Assembly (NCBI RefSeq): GCF_018977255.1
Contig: NW_024704742.1
Span: 138,944,001-139,008,000 of the forward strand
Length of the DNA stretch: 64,000 bases
DNA from: Callorhinchus milii
Taxonomy: Eukaryota
Reading direction: 5' to 3'
The notes below the pieces were generated by a model that had not been told where the DNA came from, did not search any database, and saw only the letters and a program-made list of their open reading frames with translations. The stretch's first letter is position 1. Every line of letters starts with the position of its first letter. The position numbers and the translations under genes were made by a program. Shown here piece by piece: positions 1 to 11,965 of the stretch.

Positions 1-600
1 GGGAGGGGGAAGGTGAGCTGTTATTGTACAATATTGAGGCCAGAGGCTGTAAGGTCCCAAGCAGAGAAATTAGGTGGTGTTCCTCGAGCTTGCACCGTGG
101 TTCATTGGAACAGCGACCATGGATGGCGAGGTCAGAGTGCGAGTGGAAGAGAGAGTTGAAGTGGCAAGAAACCGGAAGCTCAGGGTTGTGCTTTCGGACA
201 GAAAGGAGGTGTCGGCAAATCAGTCGCCCAATCTCCGTTTTGTCTCCCCAATGTAGGGGGGGAACCACATCATGAGCAATGAATGCAGTAAACTACATTG
301 GTGGCAGTACATGTAAATCGCTGTCTCACTTGAAATCTGTGTTTGGGGCTCTGGACAGTTGTATGGGAGGAGGTGAAAGGGCAGGTATTGCATCTGCTGC
401 GCTACATGGGAAGGTGCCGGGATGGGGGTGTGTGTGTGGAGGGGAGGAGCGCACCTGTTGGTGATGGAAGAATGAACCAGGAAGTCATGGAGGGAACGGC
501 CCGTTCAGAATGCTGAGAGGGGAGGGGAGGGAAAGGTATACTTGGTGGTTGGATCACGCTGGAGGTGGCAGAAATGGCAGAGAGTTATTTGTTGGAATCA
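1..600 (-). mobile_element. Penelope-like retroelement fragment (GIY-YIG endonuclease region), decayed
   Basis: Minus-strand translation gives FQVRQRFTCTATNVVYCIHCS..YIGETKRRLGD (GIY-YIG signature with Cys motif), with HFCHLQRDPTTK upstream; interrupted by stops and frameshifts. Confidence 0.8.
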
Positions 601-649
601 TTATTAAATTATTATTGGGATTATTTTTGGGATTATTATTAATTGTTGG

Positions 650-859
650 TGTGCCAAATTATAATTTTTTTGAAGGGATTATTACCCCTAGCAAAGCGAT
701 CAACCAGTCGATTAACAACTGGGTTCCTACATACTGCTAGGTAAACAGAGGTATGTGGAGTAAGAAAACTTGCCCGATGTTTCACTCTGTCTGGGAATTT
801 AACCCAGGTCCTCTCGCTTGCGAGGCGAGTACTCTAACCACTGAGCTATAGGACTCCAC
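650..859 (-). mobile_element. tRNA-derived SINE, long subfamily, 5' part
   Basis: Reverse complement of head GTGGAGTCCTATAGCTCAGTGGTTAGAGTACTCGCC...GGGCAAGTTTTCTTACTCCAC, shared with many copies in the window. Confidence 0.85.
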
Positions 860-1101
860 AAGTAAGGTGCCATTAGAAAAATAAAACAAGGCCATGACAG
901 ACCCACTAAATTTGTGCAAACTTATAATAAGCTTTGCATTTGAAACAGCCCCTTATCACGTCATTGAGACGTCTGAAAGCACTTCACAGAATATACTGTT
1001 AAGTGGATTGACTGTATTTTGTTGGCAAAACTTAATTACAAAACCATCTGCTTTTTAGATGTCATTGCACAAAGAACTCAACGAATACAGAAAGTTCCCA
1101 C

Positions 1102-1262
1102 CTCAGAGCCAAGTCTATGAACCATGTGCATGTAGTCCTCGGTCGATCCGTGCCTAGAATTATCTGTATGGTGATTGGATGAAGAACTGGACATCTGGCT
1201 GGCCACTTTACTGTCGTGGATGTTCCTCATGCCACTGGGAATCAGGGGACTGGACACAGAGG
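1102..1262 (-). CDS. NIPBL: NIPBL coding exon 7
   Basis: ttttcag|CC TCT GTG...GAG|gtggga; 161 nt; encodes (A)SVSSPLIPSGMRNIHDSKVASQMSSSSSNHHTDNSRHGSTEDYMHMVHRLGSE, matching recalled vertebrate NIPBL ASVSSP...HGSSEDYLHMVHRL. Confidence 0.95.
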
Positions 1263-1275
1263 CTGAAAAGCACAG

Positions 1276-1649
1276 TAATAATAATCCTTGCATTTAATAT
1301 AGCGCCTTATCACATCTTCGAGACGTCTTAAAGCGCCTCACAGAATATACTGTAAAGTGAATTGATTGTGTATTTTATGGGGGAAGTGTGGAAGCCAATT
1401 GCACACAGCAGTGAGTGTCCACAAACAGTCGGGGATTGAGTGACCAAATATTTGTAAAACTTTTTTTTTATTTAATTACCCTTGAAAAGTGATCTCAATC
1501 GATCAACAACCGGGTTCCTACTTACTGCTAGGTAAACAGGCGTGTGGAGTAAGGAAACTTGCCCAATGTTTCACCCTGCCCGGGAATCAAACCCAGGTCC
1601 TCTTGCTTCCGAGGAGAGAGCTCTTTCCACTAAGTTACAGGGCTCCACA
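1276..1649 (-). mobile_element. tRNA-derived SINE, full length, long subfamily
   Basis: Head at ~1649; (TTA)n tail ends at 1276, 13 nt from exon 7. Confidence 0.9.
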
Positions 1650-1774
1650 AAGCTTTGCTATTAATGATATTTTCACTTATATAAATGAATCACTTCATGT
1701 AGATACTCATGAGTATTCAGAAATTCTAAGGGGACAACAGAAGCCAGAGAATTGTTATGTTCTGGAACACATTT

Positions 1775-1951
1775 CCTGAAAGGATGGTGCAAGCAGATTC
1801 GATAGTAGGTTTCAAAAGGTACTCAAAAAGGCAAAACTTGCAGGGCTACGGGGTAAGAGCACGGTAGCGGAACTAGTTGGCAGCTCTTTCAGAAAGCCGG
1901 GACAGGCATGACAAGCCGAATGACCTCCTCTGTGCTGTATGATTCTATGAT
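1775..1951 (+). mobile_element. CR1 LINE 3' end fragment
   Basis: CTGAAAGGATGGTGCAAGCAGATTCGAT...CTGTGCTGTATGATTCTATGA, a CR1-type 3' UTR with ATTCTATG terminal repeat; matches 15140-15340. Confidence 0.8.
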
Positions 1952-2212
1952 ACTGTGATCTGATGTCTTTCTGCAGGATGGCATCACACCCACCCCAACA
2001 ACTAATCTTCACAAAAAGGGGCTTTTCATGATGAAAATCAGTAAAAATTAAACGGAAGGTTCCCAAGAACAGATAATCTACACAAGTTTACAAGAAGATT
2101 TAGTGATATGCAACAAGTATGTTAAACCAAACAGAAAAAACTATTCAGAGACCCGTGCACTTTAAAACTCCACACGTCAATTCTGATTACTCTTAAAATG
2201 CCAGCTACTTGC

Positions 2213-2367
2213 CTTGCTGTATCTGCTGATGTTGTGTGTAACTTGGAGGATGCTGTTGATATTGCATATAACCTGCAGGGCTCTGGGGAGCATAGGGACT
2301 AGGGACAGGACTGTTCTGCTGAGGCAGGTATCTGGTGCTGGAACTCGACGGTGGTGGTACAAACCGG
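2213..2367 (-). CDS. NIPBL: NIPBL coding exon 6 (GC donor)
   Basis: tctgcag|C CGG TTT...CAG CAA G|gcaagt; 155 nt; RFVPPPSSSSTRYLPQQNSPVPSPYAPQSPAGYMQYQQHPPSYTQHQQIQQ; phase-compatible with exons 5 and 7. Confidence 0.95.
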
Positions 2368-2539
2368 CTGCAGACAAACAAAAGAACATTTATCCAATAT
2401 ATCATGTTTCATTCAGGTTATCCATATCACAGCAACATCCAAGCTACTGGCTAAAAAGATATGTGTACTCCAAAACACTGCCTGAACCCAGAAGGTCCCT
2501 TCATTAGTTTCCAAACTGTGGACATCACACTATTCAGGC

Positions 2540-2790
2540 GTCAGCCTGCTTCAGATGGTAGCTCTCTCACCTCTGAGTTAGGAGGTTGTGGGTTCAAGCA
2601 CCATGGCAGAATTTTTAATTCAGTCAAGGTAACACTCCAATATATTGCTGGTGGTGTGCTGCATTATCAGAGGTGCCATCCTTCGGATGAGACATTAAAC
2701 TGAGATCCTGTCTGCCATTTCAGGTGGACGTTAAAGATCCCATGGCACTATTCAAGAAGAGAAGGGCATTTCTCGTGGTGCCCTGGCCGC
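2540..2790 (+). mobile_element. Deu-domain SINE (SacSINE1/AmnSINE1-like)
   Basis: tRNA-like head, then GAGGTGCCATCCTTCGGATGAGACATTAAAC...GGTGGACGTTAAAGATCCCATGGCACTATT, the Deu core as recalled. Confidence 0.75.
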
Positions 2791-4069
2791 TCCTGTAGAT
2801 CTCAGTTGCTAGGCAAGTATACCTCACTATCACTTATCCTCAAACAAGCCACTTAACTGTATTTAATATTGATATTTATTCAAGTTGAGGAGTTTCACAA
2901 GGTAATGGCCTATGGCAATGTAATTTCTTAAATGGGAGATTTGTATCCCTTTGGATATTAAATGAGAGAGGAGTAGAATCATTTTTCCCCTTTGTTTTTT
3001 TCTCAGTCCTCTCTCTTGTTTGCTGTATTATCATGCATTTTGTTATTCTCCCTCTCTCAAGAGAGAAAGAATAACAAAATGCATGATAATACAGCAAACA
3101 GCTCAAAAATACTTTCAGAATTTTTACTTCAAACTGTTCATTGGCGTTATTTTATCTGGTTAGGGTTCATATTTTACAGTATGTTTCCTTGAGCACCAGT
3201 CTGAAAATATGCAGAAATTATAATAATAATCCTTAATAATAATTCTTGCATTTGATATAGAATCATAGAATTATACAGCACAAAAGGAAGCCATTCGGCC
3301 CCCTCAGGTCCATGAAGGCTCTTTCAAAGAGCTTTTCAAATGAATCCCACTCCCCCTCGCTCTCCCCATAACCCTGCAAATTTGTCCTCCCCAAATAACT
3401 ATCAACTTTTCTCTTGAAAGTTGTTATTAAATCGGCTTCCACCACCTTTTCAGGCAATGCATTCCAACTCGCTGTGTAAATCTGTGTCTTCTGGTTACCG
3501 ACCCACTCGCCAGTGGAAACAGTTTCTCCCTGTTCAGTCTATCAAATCCCCTCATAATTTTGAACACCTCCACTAAATTTCCCCTCAACTTTCTCTGCTC
3601 CCAGAAGAATAATCCTCACTTCTCTCGCCTCTCCTCATAATTGAAGTCCCTCATTCCTGGTACCATTTTGGTCAATCTCCTTTTCACTCTCTCCAAGGCC
3701 TTGACATCCTTCCTAAAGTTTGGGGCCCAGAACTGAGCCCAGTCTCTCGCTGAGGCTCCACCAGTGTTTTATATAAAGGTTCATCGTGACTTCCTGATTT
3801 GTGTATTCTATGCCCTATTTACAAAGCCTCGTGTCCGGATGCTTTATTAACAGCTGTATCTACCTGTCCGGTCACCTTCAGAGATTTACTATATGACCCC
3901 CAGGTCTCTCTGTCCCTTCACCCCCTTTAAGATTGTACCATCAGCGTATATTGCCTCTCCTCATTCTTCCTCACAAGCTCCATCACTTTGCATTTCTCCA
4001 TATTAAACTTCATCTGCCCCGTGTCTGCCCATGTTACCAGTCTGTCTATGGCCATTTACAGGCTGTTAC

Positions 4070-4911
4070 AACAACAAATTGGATTTATAGCGCCCTCCAC
4101 GCCGGACAGCGTCTCAGAGCGCTTCGCAGTAATGAATCCCGGGGCCGAGCCAGGGGGAGGGGGAGATAGTGACCAAAGGCGCGGTCGAAAAGAAGGTCTT
4201 CAGTAGGGACCTGAAAGTAGGAAGAGAGGGGTCGAGGCGAAGGGAGTGAGGCAGGGAATTCCAGAGCCTCGAGGCATAATGGCTGAAGGCACGGCCGCCG
4301 AGGTTGGAGGGGAGGACTCGGGGGACGAAGAGGAGGCCAGACCTGGAGGAACAAAGGCAATGGGTTCTGTTGTGAGGAGAGAGTAAGTCAGAGAGGTCGG
4401 GGTGGGGGGGCAAAGGAGTGGAGGGATTTGAATACAAGGGTGAGGATCTTGAAATCGATCCTCTCTGGGACAGGCAGCCAGTTCAGTCCGGCCAGGACTG
4501 GGGGGATCGGGGAATGTAGTTTGGTGCAGGTGAGAATGCGGGCGGTAGAGTTTTGGATGATTTGGATTTTATGGATGGGAGATCGGTGAGGAGGGCGTTA
4601 AGAGTAGTCCAGCCGAGAGGGGACTAAGGCATGGACCAGGGTTTCAGCGGCCTCGGAGAGGTACTTGCGGAGATGGGCGATGCGTTGGAGGTGGAAGAAA
4701 GCGGTGCTGGTGAGGGACCGGATGTGGGGGAGGAAGGATAATTGGGGGTCGAACCTGACGCCAAGATTACAGACGGGTCCGGAGAGTTTTAGGGGGAGGT
4801 CGGGTCGGTGGAGGAGTTGAGAGCTGTGAGACTTTAGACGTTGACGAGAGCCAAAGAGTTTGGCTTCCGTCTTGTCAACGTTCAGCTGAAGGAAATTTGC
4901 GCTCATCCAGC
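4070..4911 (-). mobile_element. L2 LINE 3' fragment nested in CR1
   Basis: WMSANFLQLNVDKTEA...VHALVPSRLDYS (L2 ORF2 C-terminal region); (TTG)n tail at ~4070. Confidence 0.9.
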
Positions 4912-5818
4912 TACTATCTTCCTCACTGTTTACTACATTTCCAGCTTATATCGTCTGCAAACTTAAAAATTGTCCTCCTTATACACGAGCCCAGGTCATT
5001 TATATAGATCAAAAACAGCAGTGGCCCCAATGCTGACCCCCGGGGGACACCACTGCACACTTCCCTCAAGTCTCATAAACAAAGCTTTACCACATTGCCC
5101 TGCTTTCTGTCTCTCAGTTCTGTATCCGCTGCCACTGTCCCTTTAATACTGTGGGCTTCAATTTTTCGAATAAGTCTCTTATATGGCACTTTCTTAAAAG
5201 CCTTTTGAAAATCCATATAAACTACATCAACGGCACTACCTCCGTTACTTCATCAAAAAACTATCAGGTTTGCTAGACACGATCTGCCTTTAACAAATCC
5301 ACATTGACTGTCCTTTATTAACCCATATTTTTCTAAGTGAAAATTTATTTTGTCCCGGATTATAGTCTCTAGAAGTTTCCCCATGACTGACATTAGGCAC
5401 TGGCCGGTAGTTCCCGGGTTTATCCTTCTGCCCCTTTTTGTATGGGGGAGTAACATTTGCAACCCTCCAGTCCTCTGACCACCCCGGTGTCCAAGGAGGA
5501 TTGAAAGATTGTGGCCAGAGCCTCTGCTATTTCCAACCTTAGTAACCTAGGATGCCTCCTGTCCGGACTGGGTGACTTATCTCCTTGAGCACCGACAGCC
5601 TGAATCAGTACCTCCTCTCGGTTTATTCTTATGTTATTCAATTTCTCTATCCTCTCCTCTGATACTGTGGCATTGGCTGCATCCTCTTCTTTGTTAAGAC
5701 AGATGCAATGTACTCATTCAGTACATCAGCCGTACCCTCTACCTCTACAAGGTTTCCTCTTTGGTCCCTAATTAGACCCACTCTACCTTTAACTAACCTT
5801 TCATTCTTTATATACTTA

Positions 5819-7502
5819 CAACAACAACATTCCATTTATAGAGCGCCTTTCACGTCGGGAGGACGTCCCAAGGTGCTGGACAGTTGGGTCAGGACCCAAG
5901 CATTGGGGGGAAATGGTGAGGGGAGGGAAGGGAGGGAGCGAGGAGGGGGTAGAGAGTCGAGAGGGGAGCTGAAGGCACAGTCAAAGAGAAAGGTCTTGAG
6001 ACCGGCCTTGAAGGAGGAAAGGGAGGAAGCGGCGAAGGCACTGGGGATAGAGTTCCAGAGCCTCGGGGCTGAGAGACTGAAGGCCCGGCCACCGATGGTC
6101 GGGCGGTTGGGGCGGGGGATGTGGAGCAGACCGGAGCCAGAGGAACGGAGAGTAAGGGCAGGTAGGTAGGGGGAGAGTAGGTCAGAGAGGTAGGAGGGAG
6201 CAAAGCCGGGAATGGCCTTGTAGGTGAGGATGAGGATCTTGAATTCGATCGTCTGGGGGATGGGGAGCCAGTGGAGGCGAGCGAGGGCGAGGGTGGGAGT
6301 GAGGGCGAGAGTGAGGGTGGGAGTGATGTGGTCGCGGTGTCTGGTGCGGGACAGTACACGAGCTGCAGAGTTCTGAATGACCTGCAGTGTGGAGGGAGGG
6401 CCGGGAAGGCCGCGAGGAGAGAGTTCTCATAGTCCAGCCTTGAGGTGATAAAGGCGTGGACCAGAGTTTCAGCCGCGTGAGGAGTGAGGTAGTGCCGTAG
6501 TCTGGCGATGTTCCGGAGGTGATGGAAGGCGGTGCCACTTGTGGCGCAGATATGAGGGAGAAAGGACAGCTCAGGGTCGAACAGAACCCCGAGGTTCCTG
6601 ATGGCTTTGAGAGGTGGAGAGTGCGGCCTTGGATGCTGATGCTGTCAGTGCCTGAGGTGCGGAGGCACTGACGTGAGCCAATCAGGAGGGCCTCAGTTTT
6701 GCGCACGTTGAGCTGAAGAAAGTTGTCTCTCGTCCAGGACTCGATGTCGGACAGACAGCTGTCAGGACATCGGGGGTCATGGAGTTGAGGGTAGAGGAGG
6801 AAAGGTAGAGTTGGGTGTCATCCGCATACATGTGGGAGTGAACCCCATGTCTGCGGATGATGTCACCACAGGGGGAGCATATAGAGGGTGAAGAGGAGGG
6901 GACTGAGGACCGAGCCCTGAGGGACACCGCACGAGACAGTACGGGCGGTGGAGGAAAAGCCGTTTGTGGAAACAAAATGAAGACGGTGGGAGAGATACGA
7001 CCTAAACCACTCAAGGACAGGGCCTTGAAGGTTGAGGTGGAGGACAAGCGGTGGAGGAGGATAGCGTAGTCGACCGTATCGAATGCCGCCGATAGGTCGA
7101 GGAGGACGAGGAGGCAGAGGGAGCCCTGGTCACAGATGGTCAGGATGTCATTGGTGACCTTGACCAGGGCAGTTTCTGTGCTATGGGCAGCACGGAAACC
7201 CGACTGAAGGGGTTCGAATAATGAATGGGTGGAGAGGAAAGAGCGCAGTTGGGAGGCCACAACTCGTTCCAGGACCTTGGACAGGAAGGGGAGGTTGGAG
7301 ATGGGCCGGAGATTGATAGCTGCGACACATCAAGAGAGGGGTTTTTCAAGGTGGGAGTGATGGTGGCAGTTTTTAAGGGAATGGGAACAGAGCCACAGGA
7401 GAGGGACAGGTTGATGATATCTGTGATATGTGGGGCAAGGAGGTGGCGCTGGGAGATAAGGAGTGGAGTGGGGATGGGGTCAAGGGAGCAGGTGGTGGGT
7501 GA
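5819..7502 (-). mobile_element. L2 LINE, young 5'-truncated copy nested in CR1
   Basis: RT motifs [44 protein letters not shown]; (TTG)n tail; CR1 sequence resumes on both sides. Confidence 0.92.
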
Positions 7503-10054
7503 TTTATAAATCATCTTAGGGTTCCCTTTTATGTTACCCGCTAATCTTTTCTCATACAGTCTCTTTGCTCCTCTTATTTTCTTTCTCAGTTCTCCTCTGT
7601 ACTTTCTATATTCTATTTGATTATCTTCTATATTTTGAACCTGGTCATCAATCTTTTTCTGTTTTATTTTATTCCTAATTTCCTTGTTCATCCAGGGAGG
7701 TTTGGATGCCCTCCTTTCCGCTTTGTGGGAATGTATTTGTTCTGTCCCCGAACTATCTCCTCCTTGAAGGCTTTCCATTGCTCGTTAGCTGTTTACCTGA
7801 CAATCTTTCCAGTCGACCTTGGCGAGCTCCCTGTTTAACTCACTGAAATTAGCCTCTTCCAGTTGAGTATTTCACCTTTGATTGCTCACCTTTCCATAAG
7901 TACTCTAAACCTAATGATGTTGTCTCACTGTTGTCCAGATGCTCTCCTACTGAAACCTGCTCCACTTGCCCCACTTCATACCCCAGAACTAGATCCAGCA
8001 CTGCTTCCTTCCTCGTTGGGCTGGAAACGTACTTATCCAGAATGTTCTCCTGTGCACATTTCAGGAAGCCTCCCCCTCCTTGCCCTTTACACTGTTATGT
8101 TGCCAGTCTATGTTAGGATAATTGAAGTCCCCCATTAGCATTACTCTATTGGTTTGACATCTTTCTGAAATCTGCTGCAGATTTGCTCGTCTCTCTCCTT
8201 CCCATTAACTGGTGGTCTATAGTTTACACTTAACAGAGTAACAGCTCCTTTTCTGCTCCTTAACTCTAACCAAATAGATTCTGTTTATGGACCCTCGAGC
8301 ACATTGTCCTTTTCCAGGGCCGTAACCGTGTCTATAATCAATATTGCCACCCCCGTCCCCTCCTTTTTTCCTTTCCCTATCCCTCCCGAGTACATTGTAG
8401 CCAGGAATATTCAGCTCCCATTCCTGCCCGTGTTTGAGCCAAGTCTCCGTTATTGCCACTACACCATAACCCCATGTGGCAACTTGAGCCGCAGCTCACC
8501 AATATTATTTGTCACACTCCGTGCATTTACACACATGCACTCCAAGACCCACTGAGCCTGCTCTGCATTTCTCCCCCGTCTAATCCCTCCCTTTTCGGGA
8601 TTACTCCTGATTGCATTGCTATTCGTCTCTCCCAGCCCTCTGTATAACTTGGTTGTCCTCTCTGATGCTACATCCTGATTCCCTTCCCATCTCGAAATTA
8701 CTTTAAACCCTTCCCCACAGCACCTGCTAACATTCCTGCAAAGACATTGGTCCCAGCCCTGCTCAGGTGAAACCCATCCACCTTGTACAAGTTCCACCTG
8801 CCCCACAACTTGCCCCAATGTTCCAGGGACCTGAAGTTCTCCTTTTTGCACCATTTGTCCAGCTATGCATTCATGTGTTTTATCCTGCTGTTTTTATACT
8901 CACACTTGTACACTGGGAGTAATCCAGAGATCACCACCTTTGAGGTCCTGCTCTTTTGTTTTCTCCCTAGATTCTGAAACTCTCCCTGTAGGATCTCAGC
9001 CCTTTTTCCCCCTTACATATTGGCTCCCAACATTCATAGGTTCATAGAATGTTACGGCACAGAAGGAGGCCATTCGGCCCATCGAGTCTGTGCAGCTCTT
9101 TGACAGAGCAACTGACTTTTATTAACCCCAATCACCAGCTTTCTCCCCATAACCTGCAAACCCGTCTTCTCCAGATACCTATCCAGTTCTCTCTTAAAAG
9201 CTGTTATTGAATCGGACTTCACTGCCCTTTCGGGCAGATCATTCCAAATCCCAACAATCCCAACTGAGTGAAAACATTTCTTCTAACCTCCTCTCTGCTT
9301 CTTTTGGTAGAGAAGAGAACATGGACCACACCTGGGGGGAAAGGGAACTGGCTGTTCCCCTTCCCCCCATAGAATGTTTTGTACCTGTTCCTTGAAGTCT
9401 TCAAACTTGGCACCAGTGAGGCAATACCCCATGCGAGACTCACATCTGCAGTTGCAGAAACATCTTTGTATCCCTTTGAGTGTTGTGTCCCCCCAATTAG
9501 CACTCTTCCATGTGTCCCCGGGTGCATCGATTTGCTTTCCACTGCCCTCCCCAGAGGTGTTGACCCTCAACAGTATTCAGTACAGAGAACCGGTTTGTGA
9601 GTGCCACACTCTCAGGAGATTTCTGCACTGCCCATCCCCTCTTCCTATCATGCCAGGCAAGTCACCCACTCACCCTCCTTCTGAACCTACTGTGGCTATG
9701 GAGTGACCATCTCCTGAAACGTTTGATCCAGGAACTCTTCGGCCTCCCATATGCTATGCAGTGACACCAGCCTCTCCTTGAGCTCAGAAACCCTGAGAGC
9801 ATCTCAGAGGCACTTCCCACACACGTGTTTGTCCAGGACACACAAAGCATCCTGGAGTTCCCACATGGCACACAATGTGCATGCAACCGGTCTCAGTTAC
9901 CCTGCATATTCCCAGACATGTTTCATATTAATTATTTAATAATTATGTACCTGCTTCCCTCTCTGCACCTAATTCACACTCTCACCAAATTCCTGCACAG
10001 AATTCCCACTCTGTTCCAAATCACTCAGTTATCTCCTCACGCTGCTGGGCTTGA

Positions 10055-10768
10055 GCGCCTTATCACGTCTTCGAGAAGTCTCAACAAGCTCTTCACAGAA
10101 TATACTGAAAAGTGAATTGACTGTATATTTTGTGGGCAAAATGTGGCAGCCAATTGCACACAGAAGTGTACCACAAACAGTTGTGGGCTGAAAATTTTTT
10201 TTTTTTTTTTTGAAGGGATTATTATCCCAAGAAAAGTGATCTGCCAATCGACTAACAACCAGGTTCCTACTTCTGCTAGGTAAACAGAGGCATGTGGAGT
10301 AAATAACAAATAATAATAACCCTTGCACTTGATATAGCGCTTTTCACGTCTTCCAGACTCTCAAAGCGATTCACAGAACATACTATAAAGTGAATTGACT
10401 GTATATTTTGTGAGTGAAACACAGCAGCCAATTGTGCACAGCAGTGTCCCACAAACAGTCGTGGATTCATTGATCAAATTATTATTGTTTTTTTCTTGAG
10501 GGATTATCTCTACCCCCTCCTTGCTCCCTCCCTTCTCTCCCCTCAACCTGACCATTTCCCCCCTGCTCGGGTCCTGACCCAACTGTACAGCCCTTGGGAC
10601 GTCCTCCCGACGTGAAAGACGCTCTATAAATGGAATCTTGTTGTTGTTGTTGTATTATCAGGCGTATAGAGTAAGGAAACTCCGCCAGGTTTCGCCCTGC
10701 TGGGAATCGAACCCAAGTCTCTCATTTGTGAAGTGAGTGCTCTAACCACTGAGCTACGGGACTCCACT
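10055..10768 (-). mobile_element. Cluster of two tRNA-SINE copies, the second interrupted by a plus-strand L2 3' tail (~10505-10653)
   Basis: SINE body/tail at 10055-10300 and 10310-10500, head at 10655-10768; the L2 tail ends TCTTGTTGTTGTTGTTG. Confidence 0.8.
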
Positions 10769-10874
10769 AGATAGAAGCCTCCCTCGAACTGCTATCAATA
10801 GGAATGAAAAACAATGACAGTAACTGATGTTCTGGAGATCACAGCAGTAAGTTGGTCCATAAACGAGACATTAC

Positions 10875-10992
10875 CTGGAAGGACTGTGCGAGATGGTGGA
10901 TTGCTGGAACGTAGAGGATGCGGGGCTGCCGTGTATGGAATTCTGGGGCAGCTTGTACTGCTGGTGTGGGAGGATCTGCTGAGGCATGATAC
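10875..10992 (-). CDS. NIPBL: NIPBL coding exon 5
   Basis: gttccag|GT ATC ATG...TCC AG|gtaatg; 118 nt; IMPQQILPHQQYKLPQNSIHGSPASSTFQQSTISHSPS. Confidence 0.93.
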
Positions 10993-11260
10993 CTGGAACA
11001 CCACAAGACATTATTACACAAACCCACCCTAAGCCTCGGTATGCATACATTAATCTGCTCATTAAAATCGAGCTTTGTAGTGCACAAGATCACATTTCCC
11101 TTAGTAACATAGATTTGACATGACCATCAATGACAGTCTTCTAAATCACACTAATTATTTCTCTACCTTATTGTGCCATGCAGGTGCCCCATAGTATTTA
11201 CCAACAACGATGGCAATTCGATTACGCTTCAAGATTCTGAAGAGTTAGATAATGTAGAAG

Positions 11261-11620
11261 AGGGTGGTCCAATCTATTCACTGTGGCGAGCCACATTCTC
11301 TATTTGAGAAAGGTCCACGGGCCACATGCAGCCCGAGGCCATTTCCAACATTCCAACCCGCTCCCTCCCTCCCACGGCAGCAGCAGAAGCCAGCGGTTGG
11401 GAGGACCAAACGCCAGCTCCTGCCACTGAGATAGGACACAGTTGGTAACAGACACGCTTGCCTTCCTGACTGACTGCAGTAAAGGCTCTGTGAGCTGTGT
11501 CCTCCCAACCGCCAGCTCCTGCCACTGCCCTGGAAGGACGTTCAACAGGAAGGGAGGGAGTGGAAGTAGAATGGTGAAATGTTCACGGGCTGCACAAAAT
11601 CACTCGGCGGACAACTGTGA
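11261..11620. mobile_element. Possible non-autonomous hAT-type DNA transposon remnant
   Basis: Left end AGGGTGGTCCAA with GGGCCACA subterminal motifs; right end GGGCTGCAC..GGACAACTG; internal direct and inverted repeats. Confidence 0.4.
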
Positions 11621-11714
11621 TTAGAACATGATAAACTGTTTTATCTTGTACTGAACAGTAGAACAAACATACAAAATTACAATTGTACAGCGCCTTTCAC
11701 GTCTGGGAGAACCA

Positions 11715-11965
11715 GAGGACAAGGGGGATAAATTCGGAACAAATCTGTAGTCACTTCAAATCACTTCAGTGAGCGCATAGTAAACTTATGGAATACGCTC
11801 CTTAGGGAGACAGTGGAAACAGAAGGTTGTTGTTTGTTTCAAGCATAAATTAGATAGATCCCTGTTTGAAAATAATACCTCGGAATTCAGTATATAGTTT
11901 GGGATACGATTATTGCCAGGATGGTGGAAGGTGAACTACATGGACTTTGGTCTTCTTTCACGGAT
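11715..11965 (+). mobile_element. CR1 3' fragment (second CR1 family)
   Basis: Similar to 13740-14010 (GCCAGGATGGTGGAAGGTGAACTACATGGAC). Confidence 0.75.

Larger units (their letters stand above)
3258..10030 (-). mobile_element. Near full-length CR1 LINE (5'UTR, ORF1 zinc finger/esterase, ORF2 APE-RT, 3' tail), decayed and interrupted by nested insertions
   Basis: ORF1-like pieces at 9890-8600 (Cys/His motif; QNILWGEGEQPV), APE start CMCVNARS at ~8540, AITETWL, RT QCGFVKGRSCLANL at ~5300, CR1 tail ATTCTATGATTCTA at ~3260. Nested L2s at 4070-4910 and 5819-7502 and a CR1 tail at ~9035-9300. Confidence 0.85.
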
